A stretch of DNA of 63,575 nucleotides, filler included, from Phoronis australis (lineage: Eukaryota > Animalia > Phoronida): NCBI GenBank assembly GCA_002633005.1. It is 9 parts of 9 records of this genome, joined end to end, with 100 filler letters (N's around TTAATTAATTAA, not from the genome) between each part and the next. Parts side by side here need not be neighbours in the genome. Positions count along the whole stretch, not along the records: positions 14,671 to 35,119 come from NMRA01000761.1; positions 35,220 to 39,826 come from NMRA01002537.1; positions 39,927 to 42,439 come from NMRA01000465.1; positions 42,540 to 59,335 come from NMRA01000878.1; 5 more parts are not named here. One strand, written 5' to 3'. Of the stretch, positions 33,302 to 46,592 are shown in pieces (the first letter of the stretch is position 1; every line of letters begins with the position of its first letter). A model generated the notes under the pieces. It saw only the letters and a program-made list of their open reading frames with translations, ran no database searches and was not told where the DNA came from. The position numbers and the translations under genes were made by a program.

Positions 33302-34636
33302 CTTACTTTTTGCCAAAGACACAGTCTCAAGAGGAATCTAGTATACGAGTTTTAGTTTTGACTCTTGCTCCAGAAAAGATCTACAGGATGTTGTTCTTTC
33401 ACTCCTTCACGGGCAGAGATATCGTTCCGTCATTCAGGGGAAAGGGGAAGGAATCAGCCTGGCGGACATGAGATGTGTACCCAGAAACTTCAGGGGTGTT
33501 CAGCAAGTTGAGTTGCTATCCTGTGACCATTGAATACCATGACACGAAGTTGTCAGGAGTTTGTCATTATGATCTGTACGACTGGTTTAGTTCCGCTGAA
33601 GCAGTTGACGATGCACGGCTAGAACCTTTTTGCACGAATGCAAAGGACGTATGAAGTCAAACCTCTTGATTTTCTGCAGCCGTGTGCAGCACATCAAGTG
33701 TGCATCCTATCAGACAGAATACATATGGAACCAAGCCCTGGTTTGTCAGCCCAGTGCGGAGGGTCCCACGGAAGATGCAAGTGTTTAAGTCGGGCTTGAG
33801 ATGCACGGCTTTGTGTAGCTGCGCGTGCACTGAATGACGTATTCATGACCAAAGAGACTTACTGCGAGTTGTTCTTGCAAAATCAGTTAAAATTGTAAAA
33901 TAGTTGTACATGCTGAGCAAAATAATATTCGGAACTACGTCTAGTTGCTAAAATGATATTCTGAAGTGTCTGAAATTTGTGATGTGGTGTTCAAATCAAC
34001 AAAATTGGATACCTGGGCTGATTGATATCTACAAAATGAAAAACCAAGTTGCCAATGGCGACCATCTTAAAAGAATATCCGCCATTTGTATTTTTTAAGT
34101 GGTTAACGTACTTTTTGAAATCAGGGTGTGAGTGAAAGTTATCTATCCTCTTCATCTTGGTAGCACATGTACATGTATATAGCTAAGATGGTCGTGGGCA
34201 CGTGATTGCAAACTTGGCGCTATCTTTATGAGAAAGAAACGTTGCAAATTCCACCAGTTATATGATTGCATGGGCGTCGCAATATAGCTAGGGGGCTGGG
34301 TGTAATGTAGTTACTTTAGTTTACCCTAGAGGCCGCTCTTTGTATAACACACAATTTGATGACATAGCCATAAGTAGTGTCAAATTTACTAGTCAGAGAA
34401 TAAATCGTTATCAAAGAAATCACCTTTATATACAGTACAATGGCGACGAGGATCGAAATGGACTCATTGCATATACTGCACATACATCAGGGACACTTCT
34501 GATGTGGGTGAGCCAAATATCAGATTTCAAAAACGTTGACTTTAGTCGTTAACCTTACTGGAAAATTCCACTCTCGCTGTCGCGTGCAAAAATACAGGGT
34601 GGACGGAAACGCGTATATGTGACACTGTAGTGACAA
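33302..34636 (+). repeat. Near-identical tandem copy of 31979-33300 (probable allelic haplotype / assembly duplication)
   Basis: The copies are joined by a single n at 33301 and differ only by scattered SNPs and two small indels. Confidence 0.85.
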
Positions 34637-35119
34637 GTGTGTACATATAGCAAGACTTTGAATAATTGAAGTACAGGGTGCGTCGAAATACAACGATCAC
34701 CAAAGCTACCAGTGACATAAAATAGCACAAAATGGCCGTTTCTTTGCCCCGCTATCCCGAGTTCGATGTAAATGATGACCCCACCATCACTTCCCAATGG
34801 GAGGAAGGGTTTGAGGCTATGATAAAAGCCATGAAAATTAAAGAACAAGGTGAAATGCGTGACATGTTGATACATTATATTATATTGGCAGCAAAGGAAG
34901 GAAACTGATCAAAAACTTACCTGACTCTGGAACACCCGGGCAGTCAAGTGAATACAACAAACTGCATGATGCATTGAATAAATATTTTACACCAAAGCTT
35001 AACAGAGTGTACTTGATGAACATGCTACATCAGATAACCCAAGGACCATCGGAGTCAATAGACAATTTCTACATGCGAGTTACAGACAAAGTATCAGTAA
35101 TTAAATTGGAGGATCTTTC
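34301..35119 (+). mobile_element. Gypsy (Mag-like) 5' end: LTR, PBS and frameshifted gag running into a gap
   Basis: ATG at 34732: MAVSLPRYPEFDV..W..GFEAMIKAMKI..MLIHYI..ALNKYFTPKLNRVY..QGPSESIDNFYMRV. Confidence 0.75.
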
Positions 35120-38100
35120 NNNNNNNNNNNNNNNNNNNNNNNNNNNNNNNNNNNNNNNNNNNNTTAATTAATTAANNNNNNNNNNNNNNNNNNNNNNNNN
35201 NNNNNNNNNNNNNNNNNNNGATTTAACATTGTCCACTGGAAATTTGCAGTTTGCGAGAATGAAGTTCATTTGACGAAATATCTTGACGCAAATTTACGAA
35301 CACATTTGTGTTGTGATGCTCCTTTGCTAGATTCAGCTTGGGTGAGACGACTTGCAGCCAACTGCATGCTCGTCGACGTTAATACCAATCTCACCATCGT
35401 AGGTGGTAGACTTGGGATTGCGAAAGTAAGTCTGTGTATTTTTCTTCTTCCAACCGGTAGCACACACCCGGTTCTTTATTTAGAATGCGCTACAAAATTA
35501 AGTGAGCGCAGTGCATCGAAACAGTTCCATAGCCGGACCACTTACAGTATAAATACTCTAACCAAGAATCTATGGCTTTACGCCATGGACACAACTTGAG
35601 GAGATTGATCAAATCCTATGGTTTCCAGTGGACCCAAAACAACGCGGAACGGACCTCTGAATTGCTTTGATGGCCGGACTATTTAATACAGCGACCATGG
35701 CTCGGATAGGCCCACTGCATGCAGCCAGGAACTACAATACCGTGACTCACGGAAATATGTGGAGAGTTTCTCATCCCTTCAGCGTAATTGCAAATGGCGT
35801 TCTTGTTGTGTCTTGAGGACGTAAGCCCCAAAATAATCGTCTGTCTGTGCATTCGCGCGATTAATTGAAAGAGTTCGCCTGCCTAACGATACTCGGACTC
35901 CCACTACGGAAGATCTCGGCTTGAGTGATGTACAGAGGAGAAGATGATCTGAAAAAAAAATAATTTCTGACAAACAGCCTTTCGCATAAACAATGAGCCG
36001 CACTTGTGTTATAACCTGGAAATGTGTACATAAAGTAACCATCAAAATAAAATACGAACTTTTGACATTTAATTCATTGACTGCACCGTTGTTCAAACAG
36101 TCGCAACGTCTGTTGGTTGCGTTCGTCTGGCATCATGTCTAAGACCACAGTTTGGGGCCGTTTGTACATGTCGCTCCCAAAAACGAAGAAAATGGAGTGA
36201 GTCTTGGTTGGCGGGAAGTGATTGTCACCGATGTTTGTCAATAGTTCCTTGAAGTTGTTTTGAGCAAATGAAGTCCAGTCTGCTCTTATGTACCGGATAC
36301 GGAAGTCCCGCCATTTTGAGGGCGGTGTATTATTGTTCAGTGGGAAATGTTTGGCACGAATCCAAGAAGCCTTCACACAACTAGAATTTGACAAAAATCT
36401 GGTTGGCAATGACCTATTTTGCGTAAGTGTCTGAAATCTAAAGTGCAAGAATTTTTGGCTTCTTGTCTTCTCCGTTATACCAGGGAGGGGTGAATTTGTG
36501 ATTTCAGGTGCAAAAAGGTCTAAACTGCAATTGCTTCAGGCCATTTTTGGCATCTCATTTTTTGCTGGTGGACATAGCCAGGCAAAAATACATGACTTTG
36601 TTGATTTTTCCTCTTTGAGAAATCCCATGGAGTGTGCATTCTATGTTTTATTTTTAATGTGGCTTGAGGCAGTGTGTAAACAAGGGTTTTATTGACCAAG
36701 ACTGCGACTGATAACGTCAAAATCAGCCACTGTGGTTTTTGCCCCTCAAGTTATAACTTACAGAAAGCACACTGGGCTCAAAACAACTTCAAGATCCAAC
36801 TACTGAATATCATTCGTGGCAAAGGCAATAATTCTTCCTGCTTAGTTCACAAAATCCCCGTCACTTCATTTTCTTTAGTTTTTTAGGTGCCTACGAAGGC
36901 CCCGAACTCAGGAAGTCTTCAGCAATTCCGCAGTGCGCATGCCCGATTTGTAGTGCCTCGATACACAAACACGTGCGTACTAAAGCAAAAATGCATGTCT
37001 AAATTCTTGATGGATACCAATATTTTACTGTTTTACTGCGCACTCCTGGTTGAATTTTGAACAAAGTATTAGAGCTATGTTACATGATCGGGATGAAAAT
37101 ATCTTATATAATCACTGCTGAAATTTAGGAAAACATGTCTTAGAAGGCGTTCCAGTGAGCAAGAATGCTGCTGAGTAAGATAATTTGCTTTAATGCTGTT
37201 TTCACCTCCGTTAATGGTACTGAGAACATAAATAAAGCTAAGGTCAATGCAATCGAATGTTAATTCGCATATTCGCCGATTTAATGAGGTATAGAGAACT
37301 GAATTTAAGTGGGTGGTTACGCATAAATCTTCACATGCCAGATAGGTATTTTGATGCCAAGACCCTTTTAACCGAACAGAAAAAGCTCTTAGTCAAAAAT
37401 GCAATCGTCATCCTTAATCAAGAGTTTGCCCGATCGGGTCAGTTGATTACCCACTTTTTATTACAGTGGCTGCGAGGAAATGAGGTGAGATGCACATCGT
37501 TGGATTTCGCATTTCGAGCCGTTCGTGTTGCAAATTTAACGTGGCAGCTGCAAAAGTTTGGCTTAATATAATCCGACATTTCCGCTATGATTTATCGACT
37601 CTTGTAGGCAAAAACTCCAGTTTTCCGATGACAAGGCCATTTGTAAACGTGGTACGGAAAATAATGTGCCTGAAAATAACCTACGTTGAGATTGTCAAAC
37701 ATGCAATCTAGAACTTGTATTGGTAGTTAAAGACTACATTGGTCCCAGAAGTCAGCAAAATGATGCCGTGGATTAGTACTGCCTGTCTGTGGCAGCTGCG
37801 AACGAGGCTTCGAGGTACTAAACCCAGGCCTCAAACGCCGGTCAAAAATGAGCTCGGGTAGAGGATACATGTAGATAAATATATATTACGGGAAATGCCA
37901 TGAATCGGCTGGCTTACATGTTCTGCTGCATAACAATCATTTAACATGATAAATACAGGCTTAGACGGGATGACAAGAAGCTAACTAACAAGAATCATAT
38001 TTCTTTAAATATTTTCTAAAATACTAAGTTTTAGCCCATGGAACCAAAAACATCCAAGTTCCCTGTTGAGCGCGGAAACATCGTGTGAACGAAAATAGTG

Positions 38101-41100
38101 CCTACTGTCAAACAACCCGTGTTCTTTTCTTGGAAATCGTATTTTTATGGAAAGTTGGAAGCTCTGCCATTTTCTTTTAAAATATTTAAGCGAACCCTCG
38201 TTTGTCAGCTTAGATTACTGGCCGCGAAACCTTAAAGGGAAACCTCCTCCAGATTTCGAGCTCCTGAGTATAGCTATATGAACGAATAAACAGAATTTGT
38301 AACTTTCGTGTAAATGATTCCACGTCTGTAGAATTTATGACAATCAGGATAAGATATTTAAATAAAATCCGAATGACTACAAACGCTAGAGCATCGTTTG
38401 CGTGCATATAATGTGTTTACCAAGGATACGTATGGTTTCACTCGTTAAACCTTAAGTTACATTTTAGACACTATCTAATGAGTAATTTGATGATCATTGG
38501 TAGTCAGTTGCACGGGGTGTGATATGAATGAATAAATCCTCAGCCAGCTCGTTTACTCCGTGGGCAAACACTAGCGCATCATTAATTTCACTTAGATCTC
38601 ACCAGATTATCTCCCAACGTAACCACATGTTGTATTGTTGGACAAAAAAGCATGACATTGTCTAGTAATATCGGGCATCAAAAGCAACGGCAAGCAACCG
38701 TTTCTACTTTTGACAACTTCGTCTGCTTTTCTTACTCCGGAGGTGTCCCTTTGCCGAACTATTTTGAGCAAGCTCAAGAAATGTCATGGGTTTCTAGGAC
38801 ATAATGTTGATCGGCAGTTCTAGGCCGGGCGAGCCGACTAGTGGACGAGAGAGTCTCGCCACCTGGTGACTGATCCGACACTTTTCCAGTGCAACGAGGT
38901 ATTTCCGTATAGGTTACACTGTGACCGAGGGTAGGACCCCTTATTGTGTTAGACAGATCGGATCAGATAATCTGCCCACGTAACTACTTTCGGCATTTTC
39001 AGACGAAAAAATAGCACTATCGGATAGAGAAGCCACGGCAAGCAACCATTTCTGCTTTTGATAGCTCACAGGCTTTATTTCGTTTGTATGTCTTTCTAGC
39101 AAATTTCCGAACTATGTTTGACCGAACTCGCGAAATACCGTCGATTTCCCCGACATTTCGTTTTGTTTGGCAGTTCTCACTAGCCGAATCATGGACCAGA
39201 CGGTATAGCCACCTTGTAACACCAGCCAACTGCGAAATCAGTTTATGCTGCGAATTGAAATTCCCCTCCATTGCCCGGACATCCGCAGTGCTGAATGTAG
39301 ACTTGTCCAGATCGAACATTGATTGGCTCTCGATGACAACTTTCGGTTAAGAGGTCAATCACAGACCTTAGCTGGTTGATCCGGCTAAACCGGCGAAGTG
39401 AAAAAAGCAGATTATGTATCACGCTTTGTCATCAAGGATCGGCTTGTAGAATAATATGGCCGAAAGAAAATACATGTTCTTGTTTCGTTGTTTTCAGCGT
39501 TACCTTTGGAGATCACGGTTCGTTGATCGAAACTTTAATCGACGACTCTAGCGTGACGGAAATTAATCATAACTACAAGGAGTCGACAGAACACAAGGTC
39601 TACCCTAAAGAAAAGTTTGTCTCCGACGAGGCACGGTATGTAGCATTCTACTGCTTTAATCTAAATATCAGTTCTGTCATCCTCACCATCTCAAAGTCCA
39701 TCTATGGTTACTGAGTCACACTCATACCTACCTCAGATCGTTCTAAAAACGGAAATGATTTCTTTCTCAAAATAGATCATTCAGGCCAGCGGGATTCAAA
39801 TAGAATATCGAAAAGCCACTAAAACTNNNNNNNNNNNNNNNNNNNNNNNNNNNNNNNNNNNNNNNNNNNNTTAATTAATTAANNNNNNNNNNNNNNNNNN
39901 NNNNNNNNNNNNNNNNNNNNNNNNNNTACTATTTTCAGAAACCAAGGGTGTATATAATGAGTATTGCATAAAACTGTGTCTTTATTTTTTATCCCTAGCC
40001 ATAACAATTCTTTAAACGCATCACTTGTCTGCAAAATATACAATTTTTTGAGACAACTTCAAACCTATGTTACCCATTTTCAAGCCTTTTTAATTTTGTT
40101 ACTTTCAGCAATTTTGAACTCAGATTACAGGTTCATGGGTCTGTCAAGCATACTTCTAGCCTAAGGTTGAGGGAACCGTTTTTCTTCTAATAGAAGATCT
40201 TGTTGGTTAGCTGCAGTCAAATGCTAAAAATCAATTTTTGTCTATTCAGGGACGGTGCGCAGAAGCGATGCATATCTCCTCTGCACGGAACAAGCCTTCA
40301 AACCTAAAAACCAAAGGTTAAGAGAAAACTGACGTGATAGATTTCCATTTCAACGTGTAATAGATTTCCAGAAGACATATGATAGGGAGTAAACAAATAG
40401 TCTAATGCAATGGATATTTATCACTCACGTACCCTTTACCATTGGGATTGGATTGTAATCTTAACTCAACCTGTATCGAGTTGACAGCATAAAATTCAGC
40501 ATTGCTTGATGTAACTGTCACTGATAAACGTTTAGAAATCATTCCAAACAATAATAATGCTTTGATGTACGAAAAGATCCCGATTGCTACGTCAAGTATC
40601 GTATCACATATCACAACATACAAAGATCAACCAGACTCTGGCTGGCGACTGACTGCCGCGAAGTCGACATCGGCGAGTGCCTCAGTTAACAGGCATCGGT
40701 AGAATAATCATCGAATAATTGTTAAAATAATCACAAACCTTACCTTTGTATTAGGTCGTGCTTACTTCCTCTCACAGAAGCACCCTTTTTACGCAATCTC
40801 GGATTCAGTTGGCACGGCTGCAAACCATTTCACCATGTATTTAAAGGGCTCGCGAAATCGAGGCCGTTAATCTATCACCACTAGTACACTCACGCCCTCT
40901 AGTTATTGCAGATTTTCCGAATAGCCCCATTGTGGCCGACCGCTGAGTTCTGCTTTTCATCGAGCGTGCAGAGGTGCTTCTGAAAAATTTCTTTTCCTCC
41001 CCATAAAATTAACGGAAACAAATCTACTCATGATATGATGACGTAGAATACATATTTAGGTAGGCATTTGTAATAAATTTCAAGGTTTTCGTCATGTGGT

Positions 41101-41744
41101 TTTGTTTTGGTTCGCCGACGAAGTTTGCTGTCCAACTTGACCGATCACATTTTCAAAAGGTGAGTTACTCCCGCTAATATTTTTCATGCAATAGTTTTAT
41201 TAGTCTATTATTATCCTTTGTGTGAAATATCTAAGAAATCGTACGATGAACTGATATAAAATTATCGCGAACAAAATGAGCAGTCTGCCGTCCGCCATGT
41301 TCAGCCATTGTCGCTCGTCGGGTACTTGCGTTCAGCGTGAGTCTTCGTCGTTCAGCCTTTTTAATTAGTTCAGCTGTCATAAATTTGTTTGTGTTGTACT
41401 TAAATGTCCAGTAATTCACATTGGCACAATTTCTATGTAATTTTAAGTTAATTTGTAGCAGCATTTGCGTTTTTTGGGACCTTTTGTTCTGGCGCATTTT
41501 AAGTCACGTGACCTTATTCCGTTGATTTCATTGGTCGATGACTCGTGTTTACATTCTGAATCAGCTGATTTTTACAATTCGTGAAGTGAACTTTGAGTTA
41601 AGTTTAGTTTAAATAATTTTGACACATTTTCTGTTGGTGAATATGAGTAACAAATATTTTCAATTACCAAAGCCTGTCAAGATGCAGTGGTTTTATAGAC
41701 TGGAGTCATTTCAGGCATGAAGTTATCAGAGTTGGCTGATGATT

Positions 41745-42439
41745 NCTTCTGAAAGAGCGAGACCAAAATATTAACCATCTCTGGAGAGCTCAGCACTTCG
41801 TATGGGATACCGTCTATACCAGTGGCCTTACGTGATTTTAATTTGCGAATAACAGAATAGACTTCAAAAAACGAAAAACTTTTTTCCAGTACTTCTTTTA
41901 CATGACCCGAAAGTTCAGAATATTGCATTGCTTTCTCCAAATCATCTATTTTTTGACTTTCAGCCATTGGAATTTTCGCAAACAAATCTCTGAAATTGGC
42001 CTCCCATCTTTCTGAAAGAATAGTATTTTCATGTATCTTCTTGAGCTGAGGTCCCAAGTTCTTGAGTTCCTTCCAAAAAACATTGGGGTCATTTTCACAT
42101 GATTCTTCAATAAGTGTTAATTTATTTTTCAAATACTGCCTTTTTAAAAACCTGAATCTTTTGTCAAAGTAATATCTAGAGTTCTTGTATTCATACAGTC
42201 GCTCCCTTCGACGTTTATTATTTTTTTCTTTGAGAAATACTTTTTCTTTTTTGGCCACATTTTTCCAAAGCTGCGTTAATCCATCATTCCAAAAGGGCTT
42301 CTTTGCCTTAAATCTTTTTTTCAGATTTTTATTACAACTTTGAGTACATTTTAAATACAATTTCATTTCTGTTTTTATAATTTCGCAGAGGGAGTTATAG
42401 ATCTCATCGATTTCATATTGTCTTCGACACTCATTTTCT
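41745..42439 (-). mobile_element. Non-LTR retrotransposon ORF2 fragment (region between endonuclease and RT)
   Basis: KPFWNDGLTQLWK, DPNVFWKELKNLG and VIRKLKSRKATGIDGIPYEVL are typical LINE pre-RT motifs. The fragment is bounded by an n and a gap. Confidence 0.8.
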
Positions 42440-43099
42440 NNNNNNNNNNNNNNNNNNNNNNNNNNNNNNNNNNNNNNNNNNNNTTAATTAATTAANNNNN
42501 NNNNNNNNNNNNNNNNNNNNNNNNNNNNNNNNNNNNNNNTTAAAACCATTGTTTATGTTGTTCTTAAAATAAACTTTTGTTCTAATGCTGTACTAACATA
42601 TTAAGAAATTATACAAAAATAAACAAAAATTATCTGTGGTAAAGCGCATTATACAGCGTGATGAAGTGATGATCAAGAGCAATAACAGATGAGCGCGAAT
42701 AAGTGCTGCTTGTTAAGCATTCCGCGGCATGATAACACTTGAGGTCGTAAAACAGCCAGCGTTGTATTCTGAAATTTGACAATTTTACTGTAAAATTTTA
42801 ATTTGTTTTCTTGTTTTTATGCATAATATACTGTATAAAAAGTATCATAATAAGAGACAGAAATTATGCTTCCGCGGTATCACTTAACGTTTGATTTGAT
42901 CACGCCGTCAGTAATTCAACATAAAATTTACGTTGGTGTAATGTCACATATTTGTAGGTTGAGTCGATTTTAACACCTTTGAATAGTTGAACATAAGTTG
43001 ATAAACCGATGTCAAGACCGGAGTTGCCGCTGCTGAACGAACAGCGAACTGTTCAATGTTTGTTTGTCCAAAGTTAACCCGCTAACTCATAAAATGGTA

Positions 43100-43308
43100 A
43101 TTGCCGACCAAGGACACGCATAATCCGAATTGGTCGTCTACGCTAGGCGACTATTTAGCCGACCCAAGTGCCGACCACAGAGGCGACTCAGCAGACGGCT
43201 CCTAGCCGACCGTTGTTGGTCGGCTGCTGGTCGGCTAGACGACCGGTCGACGGCCGGTCGTCGATCAATTTCCGACCGGTCGGCCAAAAATTCGTGATGT
43301 GTGCTGTA
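43100..43308. mobile_element. Terminus of a non-autonomous DNA element with GCCGAC/GTCGGC subterminal repeats (PIF/Harbinger-like)
   Basis: Ends AAAATTCGTGATGTGTGCTGTA. A homologous end, AAAATTCGTAATGTGTGCTGTA, lies at 53040-53061. Confidence 0.55.
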
Positions 43309-43339
43309 TTAGTGAGATGATGACGTCCTCCCGTTGTGA

Positions 43340-44240
43340 CAGATGTGAGGTACTTTGCGCCTCTTAGTGGCCATTCTTACTGCCTCCACCCTTCTATCAC
43401 CACTCTGAGGATGAGTTTAAAATGGGTGTTTATGTTCTTACTGTGAAGAGGGCGACTGATGATTTTCTGACGACTTCAAATACTGTGGCAGTTTTGTTTT
43501 TTTTGTGCCCATGGATGTTTCTCCTAAATCATTTGCAAGATCATTTACTAAATGTAACAAGTATATTCATGTGATGATGACAACGAACGGCGACAACATC
43601 CGCATGGATAAGACAACCGTTGCACCCCCTAGTGGCAATTTATTTTTTACATTTACCTCTATAGTTTCAAAGGTCCTCGACGGATTTTCATAAAATTGGG
43701 TAGTTTTGGCATCTATTAGTGAGATAACGCTATCCTCTTTGCGTTACCTAGTGGCCATTTTTACTGTCAGTATTGTGAGTCTAACTGTTGACGTCCACCT
43801 CTATCAACCAAACCAGTCTAGGGGTGATTTTGAAGATTGGCAAGCATGTTCTCAGTGTTATGACGATTTTGTATACTGTGGCGCCTCATAGTGGTAGTTT
43901 TGTTTTGCACCCATTGTGTATCTCCTAAACTGCAAGATCTTTATTAAACTTAGTCAGTGTATTTATGTGAAGCTAACAATAGACAACTTTCAGGCAGATG
44001 CTGTGCCCCCTCGTGTCAATTTCATTTTTTTCCTTGGTTTCTCTGAAATTCCTCGACAGATTTTTATGAAATCGGGTAAATAGCTTTCTGTTAAAGAAGC
44101 GGTGGCATGTTGCATTTTTAGATTGATTGGACATTTTGTGCCATCTAGTGGCCATTTTCATGATACAAATTAACAACTCTAGAAGCTCATGGTTTATGGT
44201 GCATTTGTGGGAGCGTCTCAACGCTCCGCATTGCTCTTGA
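43340..44240 (+). repeat. Degenerate ~130-bp-period internal repeat ending in a GC hairpin (Helentron/DINE-like non-autonomous element)
   Basis: Recurrent GCRCCYCYTAGTGG-like motif. Higher-order similarity between 43485-43700 and 43890-44080. Hairpin GGAGCGT-ctca-ACGCTCC at 44210-44227. Confidence 0.5.
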
Positions 44241-46592
44241 AAGGTTTTAGTTCAGTTGCTGGCTCATACACATCTCATACATTACAGGAATGTGTAATCT
44301 GATGGAATAGCATTGGTCTTTACAATCTTTGACGTAAAGATTTGCTATTCAATGCGGAAAACCTCCCATCCTGTTTTATCACAACTGACTGACTTTCACG
44401 CTACACTATTTGAAACATAACCTCTTGTAGGGCACTTATAATTATGTGGCATGTTAGGTGTAATGTCAAAGTAAAAGTATATATTCTGTCACACTGTACT
44501 AGCTAAGTTATGCAAGTTGCAGCCTTTCAGGTAAAGTTCTGCTTGTTTTCTAAGTTGTATGATCGTTTTATGGTCTATGGGTAAGTTATTTGACAGCAAC
44601 TTAATTGCAAAATTTTTAATAGAAAAGCAGATACTGAAGTTGCAAGATGTGTGAAGTATACATAGCCTGTATTACAAGAGACAGATGGATTTGCATGAAC
44701 CGCTTGCTTTTGCAATGTCTGAGGAATGCATGAACACTCAGTAGCAACAAAAAAGGATTTTTTCTTGTTTTTAAGAGAGCCTTGTTTTATCATGGATACA
44801 ATAATTTTCAAAATAAACTAGAAAGACTTGACATAACTTTGCCCACTTGCCAGAGTTATTTGGCTATGAGAATTTTTTTCTTGGATGTTATTGCACCCAG
44901 CAGCCGCTTTATTTTTAAACAGACTTGCATGGTATGCAGCCACGATTTTAACAGAGAGCAAGGAGCAACAAACGTGGCGGTTTTGTCTTGACTGATGGAT
45001 TTGCATGTAAAACGAATTCTTGTCAAAAAGAAATAGTCGCAGTTTGTATGTCGAAACTTTGTTGAATTTTGAAGTTGTCCAACTGATTTTGAAAACTTCT
45101 GTACTTAAAAAATATAGCCAAACCACACTGCAGCAAACCTCACAAGATGTTTCACCTACGTTTTCAATAACCAAACCACCTTGTGTGAGCTGGAACTTCT
45201 ATAACTGAGTAGCTGTTGTAAACCAGGTTCACTGTGACATGGCCTGTACTGCGGAATACTTTTTGTCTACATGTGTAAAGTAACATTTTCTAGTCTTTTG
45301 GCATGGAACAAACTGAATTTGTCTGCAACCTTTAATTAATCACTTTACTTGATTTTCGATGAGCATCAACGAAATATGAGATTACTGAAGCACCCCACTT
45401 GTAATACTCGAGCACAAACATGCAGCATATATAATACATTTTTTCGCTGAAAGTCAAGGGTTTTTTGTTGCGGTTTCGCTAAGCATACGTAGGAAGCACC
45501 AACATATTACCCTTATAGAAATTAAATTAAGGAGTGGGGGTACCTCGGGAGAGGGGAACATAGGGCCCGGGTAACACTGACGCATAGGAAACATAGTGCA
45601 AAGAGAATAGTGGGACACTGCAACAGTGCGTATACCCAGATCAAACCTACATATTCCACCGACTTGGAAAAATATAACAGTGAAAGCCCGTGTTTGATTT
45701 TTAACTTTGATTCAGATCTCGAATAACAGTCAATCAAGGTAAGGTTATACTTGATTAAGGATTGCTAATTGTATTTCAACACGGACAAATGACCTGTTTT
45801 TACTTTCTGAACAGGGTTATTTAATAGCAAAACTTTATTTAGGGTACAAGAAATGTTTTACAGTCTTTACTTGCCTGGCACTTTACTGACTGAAGTGAAC
45901 ACTGAACAGAAGTTACTGTTCTATTGTAGTTGTAGACCCGAGGCTGAAATGTTACAAAGCCACTTTTCAAATCAAAACAGGTTTATTTTGGGGCATACTT
46001 GGTAAAACACAGCAAAATAGAACAATTAGATAAAGGCTACGAAGTTAAATCGCTTAAAGAAGTTCTGAAATCCCCCGAGTGACTTCGCCTACAGAAACTT
46101 GGCAATTCTCAAATCCTATCTCCAATACTAATGAGCTCTCTAACTTCCGCAAAATCTTACTTTCAATGCAGGAGAGCTGCTCTGAAACATGCTTTCAAGT
46201 ACATGTCTGAGGGCATTTCACAAAAAATAACAAAAGATTTCCATAGGTTTGACGTCGTGATTTTTTGGATTAACTTATTTTTGTTTTGAAACCTATTCAG
46301 TTTGTTGGTAAACTTCTGTTTTTTTTAGAAAAGTAACTTTGAACTGAATCACTTTTTGAGCATTTCCCCATCCAAATACACATAAAAAGTGGGGTGTCTA
46401 AATTACTACAAAAATATTTTTGGGAAATTAAAAAAGGCATTTTTCTTAAAGATGTAGATCACTGAATAAAATCATGGGATCAAAACGTCAAAGTTTTGAC
46501 ATGCTTCCGCCCTCGTTTGCAGATTTTCTCAAATAATGCCTCTTAACGACATATATTTCTATGCAAGATTAAAACCAAGCAAAACATGTTAA

